Part shown: piece after piece, positions 32,601-49,550 of the stretch
How the letters are laid out: each line of letters begins with the position of its first letter
How positions within the stretch are numbered: position 1 is the first letter of the stretch
DNA from: Tubulanus polymorphus
Taxonomy: Eukaryota; Animalia; Nemertea
Direction: 5' to 3'
Length of the DNA stretch: 64,000 nt
Assembly (NCBI RefSeq): GCF_964204645.1
Contig: NC_134034.1
Coordinates: 8,382,962 to 8,446,961, forward strand
Notes under the pieces: generated by a model
Told to the model about the DNA's origin: nothing
Database searches by the model: none
Seen by the model: the letters and a program-made list of their open reading frames with translations, nothing else
Made by a program: the position numbers and the translations under genes

Positions 32601-33642
32601 AATGTTCCTGAAAATCACCAAGTCGGCGTTTTACCTACTTTTGAATATTCGGGGATTTTTACCTATAGGGTATTTTTTTCCTGGTTTTTGTTTTGTTTTG
32701 TTTTGTTTTACCTACAACCGGGTGAGGGCAGTGTGTGATTACAGTTGGTCGAATATGCAATTTTTGTCGGAAATGAGCTGAACATAGTACCATAAAAATC
32801 GAAATTTTTTGAAGTTTTATGTCTGAAAGTCTGGTATTGATTGGACTGCTAATTACTTAAATACTCTCTGTAATTGATTACTTAATATGGGTTTTCTTCC
32901 TTTTTTATTTTTGGCAAACCGTCGAATATCCATAAATATCCATATATGGGCATGTATATCCGTCGAATATGGAGAATGAATTGAATTATTACACAGCGAA
33001 CCGTCGAATATGCGTCGAATATGGAACATTATTTATATGATTATTTTTGGTGAACCGTCGAATATGCGTTGAATATGGTCACTCCATCTGAAATGGTTTT
33101 TCCGGACCCCGTCGAATACGGTGACCCCTTTTTTCAGTTCAAAAATGTTGGTAACTATCAGTGATTTTCGGTATTAGCTTGTTTGATACGCTAATACAGT
33201 ATCTAAATCAACTTATTGTGACTTAATATCCGAGATAAATGAATCTGATATCGGAAACGAGAGTGACAAAAAAGTTCAAAATTTCAAATTGATTTTTCTC
33301 AGTTTCGATAAAAGTGCATATTCGACGGTTCGCCAGAAACCCAGCGAATTTCTCAAAGCACTACGGCATAGGAACGACACCGACAGGGATACGGTGGCCG
33401 AGTCGCGCGAAGCACTGCCGACATAGGCGACCTATGCAGCTTGTGCTTTGAATGACATAGAGAGCGTAGTGTCGGAGCGGCGGACCCTATGCAGCCTGTG
33501 CTTCGAACGGCATAGTACGCGTAATGCTTCGGCGATGTACGAGTGCATAGGAGGGCTATGCACGACACTACATACGGCGTCGTATAAAGCGCATCGGCGC
33601 TCGGGTCGGGCTATCATTCGTACATTCGACTCGTCGTTGTGA

Positions 33643-34002
<360 letters not shown>

Positions 34003-35620
34003 GCAGCTCAGCCCAGCGCGCAGCGGTCGCGGCCGCGGCGCCTGAGAAAACAACAACACGGTCCTTATCAGGACCACTTCAACTTCCCAGAAAGAGCCAG
34101 TGGTAGTGCGCTGACCCGGTGCCTCGCTTTTTGCTTCACACCCTCGCCCATATGTTATTAACGTAACGTGCCCTTGTTGTCGGTGTATGTCGGACACGAT
34201 GGCTAAACGGTCCGAATTAATTTCGAGGGATTAATCACGCGTACATCATACGTACGTACATACACATACACATACACACACACATAGGTACACGGATAAT
34301 AGTAATTTTAATGTTGATTGATAAATACGTAATTGCGTTTGTTTTCGGTGTTTTGTTGAAGTTTTTTTTCGGCCCCCGCTTTTCGCGGGTGCGATCGATT
34401 GATCGTTAATGACTTTGATTTTGGGTCGGGCGATGAAAAAAAGCCAGTGCAGAAGGAATTGTAGTACGCATGTATGGTTTCGCAAACACGAGTACTTCTG
34501 AATATATAGGACATCATTCGGGGTATTTTACATATCGAAGCACTTTACTTTCTATAGGCGATTGAAATTAAAAATCGAATCAGTTATTTAGGGCCTATGC
34601 GAGGGGAAAACACACGCCGGGCGATTAGATTCGAGCTGGACAATTGAAAGTTGGCGCGCATAAATGAATATAGGCCTACAGTACGTACACACGGTACCTC
34701 AACTCGGTCTTAATACGTGCCGCCGCCGCCGCCGCCGCCGCCGGTAGAAGGAACCATCGTTTTTATATCCGTTCTTTTTTTGTAACGCGTCTGGCGCTGT
34801 ATTGATTGTCACCATCGAAAAACGACTAAGCTTCGTCGTCAACCGACCGATTTGGGTCGTCGTCCGAGATAAAATAAGAAAGAATCCGATCCATTGCACG
34901 AAGTATGTATCGTAGACCTATGGACCTATAGCTAACGATAGTGCAGTGGTCTCTTTAGTTTCTCTTGTAATGTAATCGCGCGCGACGGCGAGCCGAGTCT
35001 CATTTCGTCGTAAATGGCGATGGCATTATTTTATGTAATTCTATGTAAACGGCCTTATTTCTATGTAGCTAGCTGCCTGCCTGCCGCGGCTTATTGCGGC
35101 TCGGGGGTGGGTGTGGTTACTGCGAGGCCGGCCGGTCGCACGAACGACTCGGATCTGCTGCGTGCAGTACGCTTTGATCGTGATTTTTCGAGATCAGCTT
35201 TGAAGCTAATAGAACTTCATCGTCTCCGTGTATGTATATATATATATATATATATGTATACGGGATTTTTCCGATTACATGCTTTCCATTAATTCGATCG
35301 CTCGCGCCGCCGCGTGTCTGCTCTGGGGAGTGTGGAATGACCTATCTTTTCTCGGAGAGAAAAATATACGTCAAACCATGGCCACAGCTAGCTAAATGAT
35401 CGATAAGGCCTAAATACCTAACGCACTTTTTTCAACGGCGATGATGGCATTGATTTATAAAACACCGGCCAGCTTCAAAAATGTAATTGACAATAGAGAT
35501 AAACTAGAGTGGCCAATGACAACGTAATGATGAAACCATATTCCGCAACGTTGTTGCCGGCGGCCCCCGCCGTTTTGTTAAGTTACTTCATGCGAATTGT
35601 TCGGCGCGCCGATGACGATT

Positions 35621-35666
<46 letters not shown>

Positions 35667-36765
35667 TGATGTATATAGGTTCATCCGTATTTTACGCCGC
35701 CGTTTTTAAACACCATACATATTCATTCGTGTGCATGGTTGGGATGCGCGCGTTTAATCGCATTTCATCGATCCTGTCTGCATCGCGCGCGGCGGATAGA
35801 TTTTTGTTCGTTTGTCAACAACTCTGATTACAAACGTTCATACCGTGTCAACAAGAGTTTTCAGTTAGGCCTACAACAACGTACGCGTACGTGTGCAAAT
35901 TTCGTTTCTCGCATTTATTAATGAGCAGTAATTGACTATACGACACGACGCCGCAGTTGTACGTCGATTAGTCGCGCGTCGAATATTATGAGAAAAAAAC
36001 AATTCGAAGTTTTGAACATTTTTGTCGCCCCTCTCTTTTTTAATTCATTTGTTTATTTCCTGAATATATGATATATAAACTGATGCAAAATAACAGCAGG
36101 GTAACACGCATTTTCCGACACATATCAGGTAGGTCCATTTAGCGTGGAAGTTAAGCAACGGTGGCCTGCCTGTCTGACTTGGGTACCTTATTAGGTTTTT
36201 GCCTTCAACGCTATCCGATATTGACACTGCTACAATACATGCGATTTTACTGATTGCTTTCGAATTAATAAACCTATATTCATTTATTTATTTATTCGCT
36301 TATTTACTTATTTATCCGTTGAGAAATAATTCCTCATAATTTAGGCCCTAATTCGCTTACGTAATTGCGACTGCGCGGGTTCAAATTGGCCGTTGATTAA
36401 TTCAGTTTAGCGCGAAGATATGTGATCATATCATCGTTTCTATGACAGACATCGGTGTGTAATAATAGGGATGGGAGATGATAGCCTATGGCATGGCATG
36501 TGAGCAAAAAACGATCACGGATATCGGCGTACATCGCTGTGGTGAGGGAAGGTAGTGTATTTATTTACATCGAACGAAACGCGTCGATCGCGGCCGCCGG
36601 CTGCTCCCGGCGCTTCACTTCCTTTATTCAAATAGCCGGCCGACCAATCGGCGCCCGACTATGCGAGCCAATCGCGTTCGCGCAGCGCGCCGACCGAGCG
36701 TCGATAAACCGGCCGGCGACACTATAGTCGTACTATTGTAACGTTACATCGTTCGCTCTAGTTGA

Positions 36766-37188
<423 letters not shown>

Positions 37189-38904
37189 GTCGGACGACTA
37201 TACGCGTCGTCGCATAATTGTAGACAACACTTACGGTCCTTCTCAGGACCACTTAAAACTCCCAGAAAGAGCCGGTGTGTTTTGCCTGCCTCGCCTCGCT
37301 TTTGCTTCCCCTCGGTTCCTCTTGCATTGTTGAGAAATTGGCGACAAGAAAAAACAAAAACAAAAATCAATCACTCGCCAATGCAATAATGCTACGTATT
37401 TATTAGGATCGCGTCGGTTGTCGTGCCTGTGCGCTGTGCGGGCCTCCGTTTAACAATATTTATACTCGGCCCGTTGTATGTAGTAGGTACGTGGTGATCG
37501 TTTGTATTACTAGAAAACGCGAACGTGTTTCGCTTCTTTTTTTGTTGGTCCGGCCGCCGATTGTAATCGATTATTATTCTTCGCTGCATTTGGCGCACGA
37601 AACAAGACGCCTCGGGTGAACCCGACGTCAAACCTACGTTCGGTCGGTTTTGCCGTGCCGCGACTATTTCGACGTCGGTTCGCGCAAAAACGATCCATCT
37701 TTTTCCCCGGCTTGCTGTCTCGCTGTATTATATACGATCTGTTCTGGCAGAATAAATGATACGGAATGGTGAAATTCAGAGCGCCCAAAACTATGCGTCG
37801 ACTGATAAATCGATACAAAACTCAACATATAGAATTCCTTCGCCATATACGAGCCGAAGCATCAATCGCCGGTTTTAACCGCACTGAATCAATCCTCTTG
37901 AGGAAACTGCATTCGTGTTGGTTTGTTTTAAGTTTTTCAGTCGTAAGTTTTTATCTTCCGCTTTTAATTGTCTAGCGACAAAAGTTTCGAGGAGTCGGCA
38001 TTACTAGAAATCTTACGTCGGTTATCCCAGTTTTGAGCGTCGTATCGGCCCCCCTCGGTCGCCTAAGACGACAGACAGGCTGCGTGCGTGCTGCGTAATC
38101 AGGATTATTAGGGGGTGTCTGTCTGGTGGTCGTGCCACAAATTCCCAAGGCCATTTGTTTCCGAGGTTGTAGGCGTTCAAATTGCCATTCTCATTTCGAT
38201 CCGAGTATAATATTATACGATGCATAATATCAGAAGACAATTTGTTGCCGTTTCAAAGTTTGGCCCGAGATTTTATCATTCGACATTTCACCGTTCATAC
38301 CAACGGGTATCGGCCTAGTGCGCCGCGTACAAACATGTTTGCGGTTGACATTTTTTTCTCGGCAGTTTAATAATGCATTTCATAAAATTTCAATTGCATT
38401 TCCTCGAAAATTGATATATACGCACACAGAGATTCGCGCTTGTTGCTCTCTGCTCCTCAGTCGGTTAGTTATAGCGCGCTATTTAATAATTACAGCGCGT
38501 CACATTCTATGTAATCTGATATGTATTGTTCTTCAACGGGACTCGCATGTTTCGTGTGTAGGCGCGCGTATTTCTTTCAGTCATTTTTTTCAAGTAACGA
38601 AGACAACGACCCGGACAAAATCAAGAAGAAACCCGTCAGTCACAAAATCCACAAAACAAATAAATAAACCAACAAAAACGAAACAAAAAATCAACGCGTA
38701 CTACATACATATATAGACAATAATTACGTACGACGAGTCGAGTCGAGTCCTCGGTCGGTACGGTACGCAGGGTAAAAGGCGAAGCAAAGCGAGGCGACGG
38801 GAAAGCGCAAAAACTGGCCCTTTCTGGGAATTTGAAGTGGTCCTGATAAGGACCGTTGGTTGATGCCCGATGGCGTAGGTACACACGCGCGCACGTAGCG
38901 CCGT

Positions 38905-39276
38905 TTACTTCGAACCGGTGTACTTGGTGACGGCCTTCGTACCCTCGCTGACGGCGTGCTTGGCCAGCTCTCCCGGCAACAGCAGTCTGACGGCGGTCTG
39001 GATTTCCCGACTGGTGATGGTCGATCGCTTGTTGTAGTGCGTCAGGCGTGACGCCTCGGCGGCGATCCTCTCGAAGATATCGTTGACGAAGCTGTTCATG
39101 ATGCTCATGGCCTTCGCGGAGATTCCCGTGTCGGGGTGAACTTGCTTCAACACCTTGTAAATGTAGATGCTGTAGCTTTCCTTTCTTCTCTTCCTCCTTT
39201 TCTTGTCACCGGTGTGAGCGGCTTTAGCCTTGGTGGCTGCCTTCTTGGCACCTTTGCTTGAAACTTTCGGCGGCAT
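38905..39276 (-). CDS. H2B: Histone H2B
   Basis: Identical protein to the other H2B copies. Confidence 0.99.
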   Translation of the reverse strand: MPPKVSSKGAKKAATKAKAAHTGDKKRRKRRKESYSIYIYKVLKQVHPDTGISAKAMSIMNSFVNDIFERIAAEASRLTHYNKRSTITSREIQTAVRLLLPGELAKHAVSEGTKAVTKYTGSK

Positions 39277-39507
39277 GACGACTGTGCGTTAGCGAATGCG
39301 AAATAACACCGGCGCGCAACGCGCCAACCGTATTTATGTGAGCGCGCCGGCTCCCGTCGAGCGACCAATCAGCGCATCTGTTGATCGCCTGGCACTCGGC
39401 GCCGAGTATAAGTTCGTTCAGGCGCGCCGCGTACGCGAACGTTCACACGCACTGTTTCATTCGTTGTCAACGTCGTCGTATCGTCAAATTTGATATCACC
39501 GATCAAC

Positions 39508-39882
39508 ATGTCTGGCCGAGGTAAAGGAGGAAAAGCGAAAGGCAAGGCCAAGAGCCGCTCGTCCCGCGCAGGGTTGCAGTTCCCGGTCGGAAGGATCCAT
39601 CGTCTTCTCCGCAAAGGAAACTACGCCGAACGTATCGGAGCCGGAGCGCCGGTGTACCTAGCCGCCGTCATGGAATACTTGGCCGCCGAAGTGTTGGAGT
39701 TGGCCGGCAACGCCGCCCGCGACAACAAGAAGTCGAGAATCATCCCGCGACATCTGCAGTTGGCCATCCGCAACGACGAAGAGTTGAACAAGCTGCTTTC
39801 CGGTGTCACCATCGCCCAAGGCGGTGTACTGCCCAACATCCAGGCCGTGCTTCTGCCGAAAAAGTCCGCCAAGTCCAAGTAG
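39508..39882 (+). CDS. H2A: Histone H2A
   Basis: Identical protein to the other H2A copies. Confidence 0.99.
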   Translation: MSGRGKGGKAKGKAKSRSSRAGLQFPVGRIHRLLRKGNYAERIGAGAPVYLAAVMEYLAAEVLELAGNAARDNKKSRIIPRHLQLAIRNDEELNKLLSGVTIAQGGVLPNIQAVLLPKKSAKSK

Positions 39883-42800
39883 ATCGCGTCCGTGTCCCGC
39901 GCGTCGCGCATCCAAGCAACGGTCCTTATCAGGACCACTTCAACTTCCCAGAAAGGGCCAGTACTGACCTCGCCTGCCTCGCTTATTGCTTCGGTGATCA
40001 CGATGATATAATTTCGTTGTTGTTGTTGTTTGTTGTTGTTGTCGTTGTTGTTTTATCATCAGCGTGTACGGGGGGTATATACGTTATCAAGGCGTTGGCC
40101 CGCGTACGATCCCAGTTCCAATTCTCATCGGCTTTCGCGGCGTCCACAATGAAAAACTGTGTGTGTTATGTACATTACATTTATTAGTAGGGCGACATTC
40201 GTCAGGCGTGTTTACATATGTACCCGGTATTTATTTCTCTTCTATTCCCCCGACACCGACGACGGCAACAGCAAAAAGAAACGTGCAAAACAAGACAAAC
40301 AAGCAATGCAGGGTTCAATACATGCAGCCCCTCAAATCCCCGAAGAACCCCTCAAATTCCAAAATTCGTTTGTTAGGGATGGAACAAACTCCCTCAAATT
40401 CATCTTAGTTTTAGTCGTCGCTCAAATTCAGAAAACCGCTGCATTGGCATTTTATACTGCATTGTCTTGGTAGCCTGGCTGGGTTAGTTAGAATCAATGG
40501 TAATAAGTGGGGGCTATAGGCCTCGTTATCATCCCCGTAAAGTGTCCAAACTAACTTTCTCAATTATTTTGGAAGGTTTATTCGATTGCGAAGAGTCATT
40601 TTGACACATTTATCCAGGAGTTCAGAAAAACGGGGCCCTACGTACTTGAGCTGAATGTCGATATGGCGAGAGTTATTCTTACAAAATGCCGAAATCGGCA
40701 ATTTTTCAAGTTGGTTGCTTAAAGAAGGACTCAAATTTAAAAACAAACATTCGGTATTCGTCAAAATGTTCCGTTTGCGACGGAATGTTTTCCGGCAGCT
40801 TTTCGTCGAAACAATGCTCTTCAGTCGGGATTGGGCCCCGGCTATCCTAGACGAGTTCTTTCACCCAAAATCAAGTTGAACGGTTTAGGCCCTAATTAGT
40901 ATATGGCATATAGTCGAATGTTGATAAGGTTATTCGATTCATTGGCGCCTAAATGCATTTCGCTAATTCTGATAAGTATTGTACTGGTACTGTGTGTTTT
41001 ATGTATCGGTTAGGTTTTCGTCGCGAAATATGACCCTCAATTTGGCGGTCACACCCTGAAAAACCGCTCAAATGCCCGTCACATTTCATAGCGATTGTCC
41101 TGTAGGAACCCCGTGCAATAACACCTTTCGCGTAGGACTATTTCCTTTCATAAAACACGATCATGCATCTTTTTGCGGCCCTGCAACGAAAGTCGTATAA
41201 TATGCCTGCTTTCGAAATTACGTATATCGACATCGTTTTTAGCACGATTGCCTCCACCCACATCGTACAGCTATTCAAGACGTGTACGACATCATCATCG
41301 GCAGTACCGTCCTATATACTAGAAAGTAGTTACGCGCATATTTATACATAATTTCTATTGTAGATGTAAATGCGGGATTAAATCAGAACTAAATTTAAAG
41401 CTGAGGTATTCAACGAGACTCCAGTAGACAGGAAACCGGCAAGGCAGCCATTTTTCTTTTCTATCAAAATGATTTAACCTGGTAGAAGTCATCTGCATCT
41501 ATATTCTACTGTAACTCTTTCGGCAACCACATACAATGTCCTTGGACGATTTGTGGATAATTTGTCATGTTATTTTGTATGATTATGTATACAGAATGTC
41601 AGATCTATATATGGTTAAAAAAAAACAAACAACATCATCGGCACCAGTAGATTGTGTCAATCGCCGAGCGAGATCTCCAGGGCTAGTTTATTTAGTACAC
41701 CGATTTAGTCCCTTTTTTCGTTGTGTGAATGATGGCGGGTTCGCATCGCACGCGCGCGGCACCGGTATATTGCGCGATTCCCGGCGTAACCGCGCCATCG
41801 TGGGACGCACCGACAATACGTGCATGCAGTGCGGATAGCTATTTATTCATTTATTTACTACAGGATAGCAAATAGCTCGAAACTTCTATCAAAAACTTTC
41901 TTTCATAAAACACGATCATGCATCGTTTTGCGGCCCTGCAACGAAAGTCGTATATATGCCTTTCGAACTTACGTATCGACATCCTAACCCTAACCCCAAC
42001 CCTAACAGCGAGTTAATGTAAATCCATGCAATGATCTTAAAAAAAAATCACACACATTATACAATCAGCTATTATCTTAGAACATCCCAATGCTGTGAAT
42101 GTCTACGCTTAGATTGATATCAGTTAATTGCAGACATGTTATGTGTGTGGTGGCGATTCGATGGTATTTTGAATAGAGAGTGCGGTTTTAAGGACGAGGA
42201 CATCATTAATTTTGAGGACATCGAGATTTTTGGAGTATAGTGCGTCGGTGTGTGAGCAGGTTAGCGGTAATAATCCCCTAGGTCAAAAAAGCCCATCGGT
42301 AAAAATCCCCAATACTTCCAAAAGTAGGTACAAATCCCCCTCTTTTTGAATGGAGTGTAACGTCAATTAATTTCATATTAATATATCATATATCGCCGTT
42401 GAACTCAATAAGGATATATCATGACCAAACAAACTATATAGTATACACTATTTGCGCATTATAACATACTAAAAATTAACAGTAGTTCATTAGTACTAAA
42501 TTCGCACTTAAAGTTAACGCGCGCAGCTTAATGAAAGGGTTCATTGCACATTTCAAATATATCACACTAGCATGAATCTTATGACATTTCATTTTGAAAG
42601 TTCATTACTTCTGATCATTCATTCATGGCATCGCACAGCTGAAATATACCACGAGTTATCAAGCGTCCACAGTTCAAAACTAATCCAGTTCGAATTGTAA
42701 GATATATTGCATTTAAAAAGTTCATCATTGTCATTAGTTATTACAAGTTGTTTCCTTCTAAACAGTTTACTAAATAAGAATTTATCGACGGCTGTGCAAA

Positions 42801-43898
42801 CATAATTCAGTCTCAATTGCGAATGAATACGCTGCAAAAGCACCATCTTGCTTTGAAATGTTCCTGAAAATCACCAAGTCGGCGTTTTACCTACTTTTGA
42901 ATATTCGGGGATTTTTACCTATAGGGTATTTTTTTCCTGGTTTTTGTTTTGTTTTGTTTTGTTTTACCTACAACCGGGTGAGGGCAGTGTGTGATTACAG
43001 TTGGTCGAATATGCAATTTTTGTCGGAAATGAGCTGAACATAGTACCATAAAAATCGAAATTTTTTGAAGTTTTATGTCTGAAAGTCTGGTATTGATTGG
43101 ACTGCTAATTACTTAAATACTCTCTGTAATTGATTACTTAATATGGGTTTTCTTCCTTTTTTATTTTTGGCAAACCGTCGAATATCCATAAATATCCATA
43201 TATGGGCATGTATATCCGTCGAATATGGAGAATGAATTGAATTATTACACAGCGAACCGTCGAATATGCGTCGAATATGGAACATTATTTATATGATTAT
43301 TTTTGGTGAACCGTCGAATATGCGTTGAATATGGTCACTCCATCTGAAATGGTTTTTCCGGACCCCGTCGAATACGGTGACCCCTTTTTTCAGTTCAAAA
43401 ATGTTGGTAACTATCAGTGATTTTCGGTATTAGCTTGTTTGATACGCTAATACAGTATCTAAATCAACTTATTGTGACTTAATATCCGAGATAAATGAAT
43501 CTGATATCGGAAACGAGAGTGACAAAAAAGTTCAAAATTTCAAATTGATTTTTCTCAGTTTCGATAAAAGTGCATATTCGACGGTTCGCCAGAAACCCAG
43601 CGAATTTCTCAAAGCACTACGGCATAGGAACGACACCGACAGGGATACGGTGGCCGAGTCGCGCGAAGCACTGCCGACATAGGCGACCTATGCAGCTTGT
43701 GCTTTGAATGACATAGAGAGCGTAGTGTCGGAGCGGCGGACCCTATGCAGCCTGTGCTTCGAACGGCATAGTACGCGTAATGCTTCGGCGATGTACGAGT
43801 GCATAGGAGGGCTATGCACGACACTACATACGGCGTCGTATAAAGCGCATCGGCGCTCGGGTCGGGCTATCATTCGTACATTCGACTCGTCGTTGTGA

Positions 43899-44258
<360 letters not shown>

Positions 44259-44974
44259 GCAGCTCAGCCCAGCGCGCAGCGGTCGCGGCCGCGGCGCCTG
44301 AGAAAACAACAACACGGTCCTTATCAGGACCACTTCAACTTCCCAGAAAGAGCCAGTGGTAGTGCGCTGACCCGGTGCCTCGCTTTTTGCTTCACACCCT
44401 CGCCCATATGTTATTAACGTAACGTGCCCTTGTTGTCGGTGTATGTCGGACACGATGGCTAAACGGTCCGAATTAATTTCGAGGGATTAATCACGCGTAC
44501 ATCATACGTACGTACATACACATACACATACACACACACATAGGTACACGGATAATAGTAATTTTAATGTTGATTGATAAATACGTAATTGCGTTTGTTT
44601 TCGGTGTTTTGTTGAAGTTTTTTTTCGGCCCCCGCTTTTCGCGGGTGCGATCGATTGATCGTTAATGACTTTGATTTTGGGTCGGGCGATGAAAAAAAGC
44701 CAGTGCAGAAGGAATTGTAGTACGCATGTATGGTTTCGCAAACACGAGTACTTCTGAATATATAGGACATCATTCGGGGTATTTTACATATCGAAGCACT
44801 TTACTTTCTATAGGCGATTGAAATTAAAAATCGAATCAGTTATTTAGGGCCTATGCGAGGGGAAAACACACGCCGGGCGATTAGATTCGAGCTGGACAAT
44901 TGAAAGTTGGCGCGCATAAATGAATATAGGCCTACAGTACGTACACACGGTACCTCAACTCGGTCTTAATACGT

Positions 44975-45021
<47 letters not shown>

Positions 45022-47010
45022 TAGAAGGAACCATCGTTTTTATATCCGTTCTTTTTTTGTAACGCGTCTGGCGCTGTATTGATTGTCACCATCGAAAAAC
45101 GACTAAGCTTCGTCGTCAACCGACCGATTTGGGTCGTCGTCCGAGATAAAATAAGAAAGAATCCGATCCATTGCACGAAGTATGTATCGTAGACCTATAG
45201 ACCTATAGCTAACGATAGTGCAGTGGTCTCTTTAGTTTCTCTTGTAATGTAATCGCGCGCGACGGCGAGCCGAGTCTCATTTCGTCGTAAATGGCGATGG
45301 CATTATTTTATGTAATTCTATGTAAACGGCCTTATTTCTATGTAGCTAGCTGCCTGCCTGCCGCGGCTTATTGCGGCTCGGGGGTGGGTGTGGTTACTGC
45401 GAGGCCGGTCGCACGAACGACTCGGATCTGCTGCGTGCAGTACGCTTTGATCGTGATTTTTCGAGATCAGCTTTGAAGCTAATAGAACTTCATTGTCTCC
45501 GTGTATGTATGTATATGTATACGGGATTTTTCCGATTACATGCTTTCCATTAATTCGATCGCTCGCGCCGCCGCGTGTCTGCTCTGGGGAGTGTGGTGGA
45601 ATGACCTATCTTTTCTCGGAGAGAAAAATATACGTCAAACCATGGCCACAGCTAGCTAAATGATCGATAAGGCCTAAATACCTAACGCACTTTTTTCAAC
45701 GGCGATGATGGCATTGATTTATAAAACACCGGCCAGCTTCAAAAATGTAATTGACAATAGAGATAAACTAGAGTGGCCAATGACAACGTAATGATGAAAC
45801 CATATTCCGCAACGTTGTTGCCGGCGGCCCCCGCCGTTTTGTTAAGTTACTTCATGCGAATTGTTCGGCGCGCCGATGACGATTATATCGACGACGACGA
45901 CGACGACGACGATGATGTATATAGGTTCATCCGTATTTTACGCCGCCGTTTTTAAACACCATACATATTCATTCGTGTGCATGGTTGGGATGCGCGCGTT
46001 TAATCGCATTTCATCGATCCTGTCTGCATCGCGCGCGGCGGATAGATTTTTGTTCGTTTGTCAACAACTCCGATTACAAACGTTCATACCGTGTCAACAA
46101 GAGTTTTCAGTTAGGCCTACAACAACGTACGCGTACGTGTGCAAATTTCGTTTCTCGCATTTATTAATGAGCAGTAATTGACTATACGACACGCCGCAGT
46201 TGTACGTCGATTAGTCGCGCGTCGAATATTATGAGAAAAAAACAATTCGAAATTTTGAACATTTTTGTCGCCCCTCTCTTTTTTTATTCATTTATTTATT
46301 TCCTGAATATATGATATATAAACTGATGCAAAATAACAGCAGGGTAACACGCATTTTCCGACACATATCAGGTAGGTCCATTTAGCTTGGAAGTTAAGCA
46401 ACGGTGGCCTGCCTGTCTGACTTGGGTACCTTATTAGGTTTTTTCCTTCAACGCTATCCGATATCGACACTGCTACAATACATGCGATTTTACTGATTGC
46501 TTTCGAATTAATAAACCTATATTCATTTATTTATTTATTCGCTTATTTACTTATTCATCCGTTGATAAATAATTCCTCATAATTTAGGCCCTAATTCGCT
46601 TACGTAATTGCGACTGCGCGGGTTCAAATTGGCCGTTGATTAATTCAGTTTAGTTAGCGCGAAGATATGTGATCATATCATCGTTTCTATGACAGACATC
46701 GGTGTGTAATAATAGGGATGGGAGATGATAGCCTATGGCATGGCATGTGAGCAAAAAACGATCACGGATATCGGCGTACATCGCTGTGGTGAGGGAAGGT
46801 AGTATTTATTTACATCGAACGAAACGCGTCGATCGCGGCCGCCGGCTGCTCCCGGCGCTTCACTTCCTTTATTCAAATAGCCGGCCGACCAATCGGCGCC
46901 CGACTATGCGAGCCAATCGCGTTCGCGCAGCGCGCCGACCGAGCGTCGATAAACCGGCCGGCGACACTTTAGTCGTACTATTGTAACGTTACATCGTTCG
47001 CTCTAGTTGA

Positions 47011-47433
<423 letters not shown>

Positions 47434-49139
47434 GTCGGACGACTATACGCGTCGTCGCATAATTGTAGACAACACTTACGGTCCTTCTCAGGACCACTTA
47501 AAACTCCCAGAAAGAGCCGGTGTGTTTTGCCTGCCTCGCCTCGCTTTTGCTTCCCCTCGGTTCCTCTTGCATTATTGAGAAATTGGCGACAAGAAAAAAC
47601 AAAAAAAAAAATCAATCACTCGCCAATGCAATAATGCTACGTATTTATTAGGATCGCGTCGGTTGTCGTGCCTGTGCGCTGTGCGGGCCTCCGTTTAAAA
47701 ATATTTATACTCGGCCCGTTGTATGTAGTAGGCACGTGGTGATCGTTTGTATTACTAGAAAACGCGAACGTGTTTCGTTTCTTTTTTTGTTGGTCCGGCC
47801 GCCGATTGTAATCGATTATTATTCTTCGCTGCATTTGGCGCACGAAACAAGACGCCTCGGGTGAACCCGATGTCAAACCTATGTTCGGTCGGTTTTGCCG
47901 TGCCGCGACTATTGCGACGTCGGTTCGCGCAAAAACGATCCATCTTTTTCCCCGGCTTGCTGTCTCGCTGTATTATATACGATCTGTTCTGGCAGAATAA
48001 ATGATACGGAATGGTGAAATTCAGAGCGCCCAAAACTATGCGTCGACTGATAAATCGATACAAAACTCAACATATAGAATTCCTTAGCCATACGAGCCGA
48101 AGCATCAATCGCCGGTTTTAACCGCACTGAATCAATCCTCTTGAGGAAACTGCATTCGTGTTGGTGTGTTTTAAGTTTTTCAGTCGTAAGTTTTTATCTT
48201 CCGCTTTTAATTGTCTAGCGACAAAAGTTTCGAGGAGTCGGCATTACTAGAAATCTTACGTCGGTTATCCCAGTTTTGAGCGTCGTATCGGCCCCCCTCG
48301 GTCGCCTAAGACGACAGACAGGCTGCGTGCGTGCTGCGTAATCAGGATTATTAGGGGGTGTCTGTCTGGTGGTCGTGCCACAAATTCCCAAGGCCATTTG
48401 TTTCCGAGGTTGTAGGCGTTCAAATTGCCATTCTCATTTCGATCCGAGTATAATATTATACGATACATAATATCAGAAGACAATTTGTTGCCGTTTCAAA
48501 GTTTGGCCCGAGATTTTATCATTCGACATTTCATCGTTCATTCAAACGGGTATCGGCCTAGTGCGCCGCGTACGAACATGTTTGTGGTTGACATTTTTTC
48601 TCGGCAGTTTAATAATGCATTTCATAAAATTTCAATTGCATTTTCTCGAAAATTGATATATACGCACACGGAGATTCGCGCTTGTTGCTCTCTGCCCCTC
48701 AGTCGGTTAGTTATAGCGCGCTATTTAACAAATAAATACAGCGCGTCACATTCTATGTAATCGGATATGTATCGTTCTTCAACGGGACTCGCATGTTTCA
48801 TGTGTAGGCGCGCGTATTTCTTTCAGTCATTTTTTTCAAGTAACGAAGACAACGACCCGGACAAAATCAAGAAGAAACCAGTCACAAAATCCACAAAACA
48901 AATAAATAAACCAACAAAAACGAAACAAAAAATCAACGCGTACTACATACATATAGACAATAATTACGTACGACGAGTCGAGTCCTCGGTCGGTACGGTA
49001 CGCAGGGTAAAAGGCGAAGCAAAGCGAGGCGACGGGAAAGCGCAAAAACTGGCCCTTTCTAGGAATTTGAAGTGGTCCTGATAAGGACCGTTGGTTGATG
49101 CCCGATGGCGTAGGTACACACGCGCGCACGTAGCGCCGT

Positions 49140-49511
49140 TTACTTCGACCCGGTGTACTTGGTGACGGCCTTCGTACCCTCGCTGACGGCGTGCTTGGCC
49201 AGCTCTCCCGGCAACAGCAGTCTGACGGCGGTCTGGATTTCCCGACTGGTGATGGTCGATCGCTTGTTGTAGTGCGTCAGGCGTGACGCCTCGGCGGCGA
49301 TCCTCTCGAAGATATCGTTGACGAAGCTGTTCATGATGCTCATGGCCTTCGCGGAGATTCCCGTGTCGGGGTGAACTTGCTTCAACACCTTGTAAATGTA
49401 GATGCTGTAGCTTTCCTTTCTTCTCTTCCTCCTTTTCTTGTCACCGGTGTGAGCGGCTTTAGCCTTGGTGGCTGCCTTCTTGGCACCTTTGCTTGAAACT
49501 TTCGGCGGCAT
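49140..49511 (-). CDS. H2B: Histone H2B, last gene of the array; TATA box and upstream promoter replaced by a LINE
   Basis: Intact ORF; the LINE tail starts 40 bp upstream of the ATG. Confidence 0.95.
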   Translation of the reverse strand: MPPKVSSKGAKKAATKAKAAHTGDKKRRKRRKESYSIYIYKVLKQVHPDTGISAKAMSIMNSFVNDIFERIAAEASRLTHYNKRSTITSREIQTAVRLLLPGELAKHAVSEGTKAVTKYTGSK

Positions 49512-49550
49512 GACGACTGTGCGTTAGCGAATGCGAAATAACACCGGCGC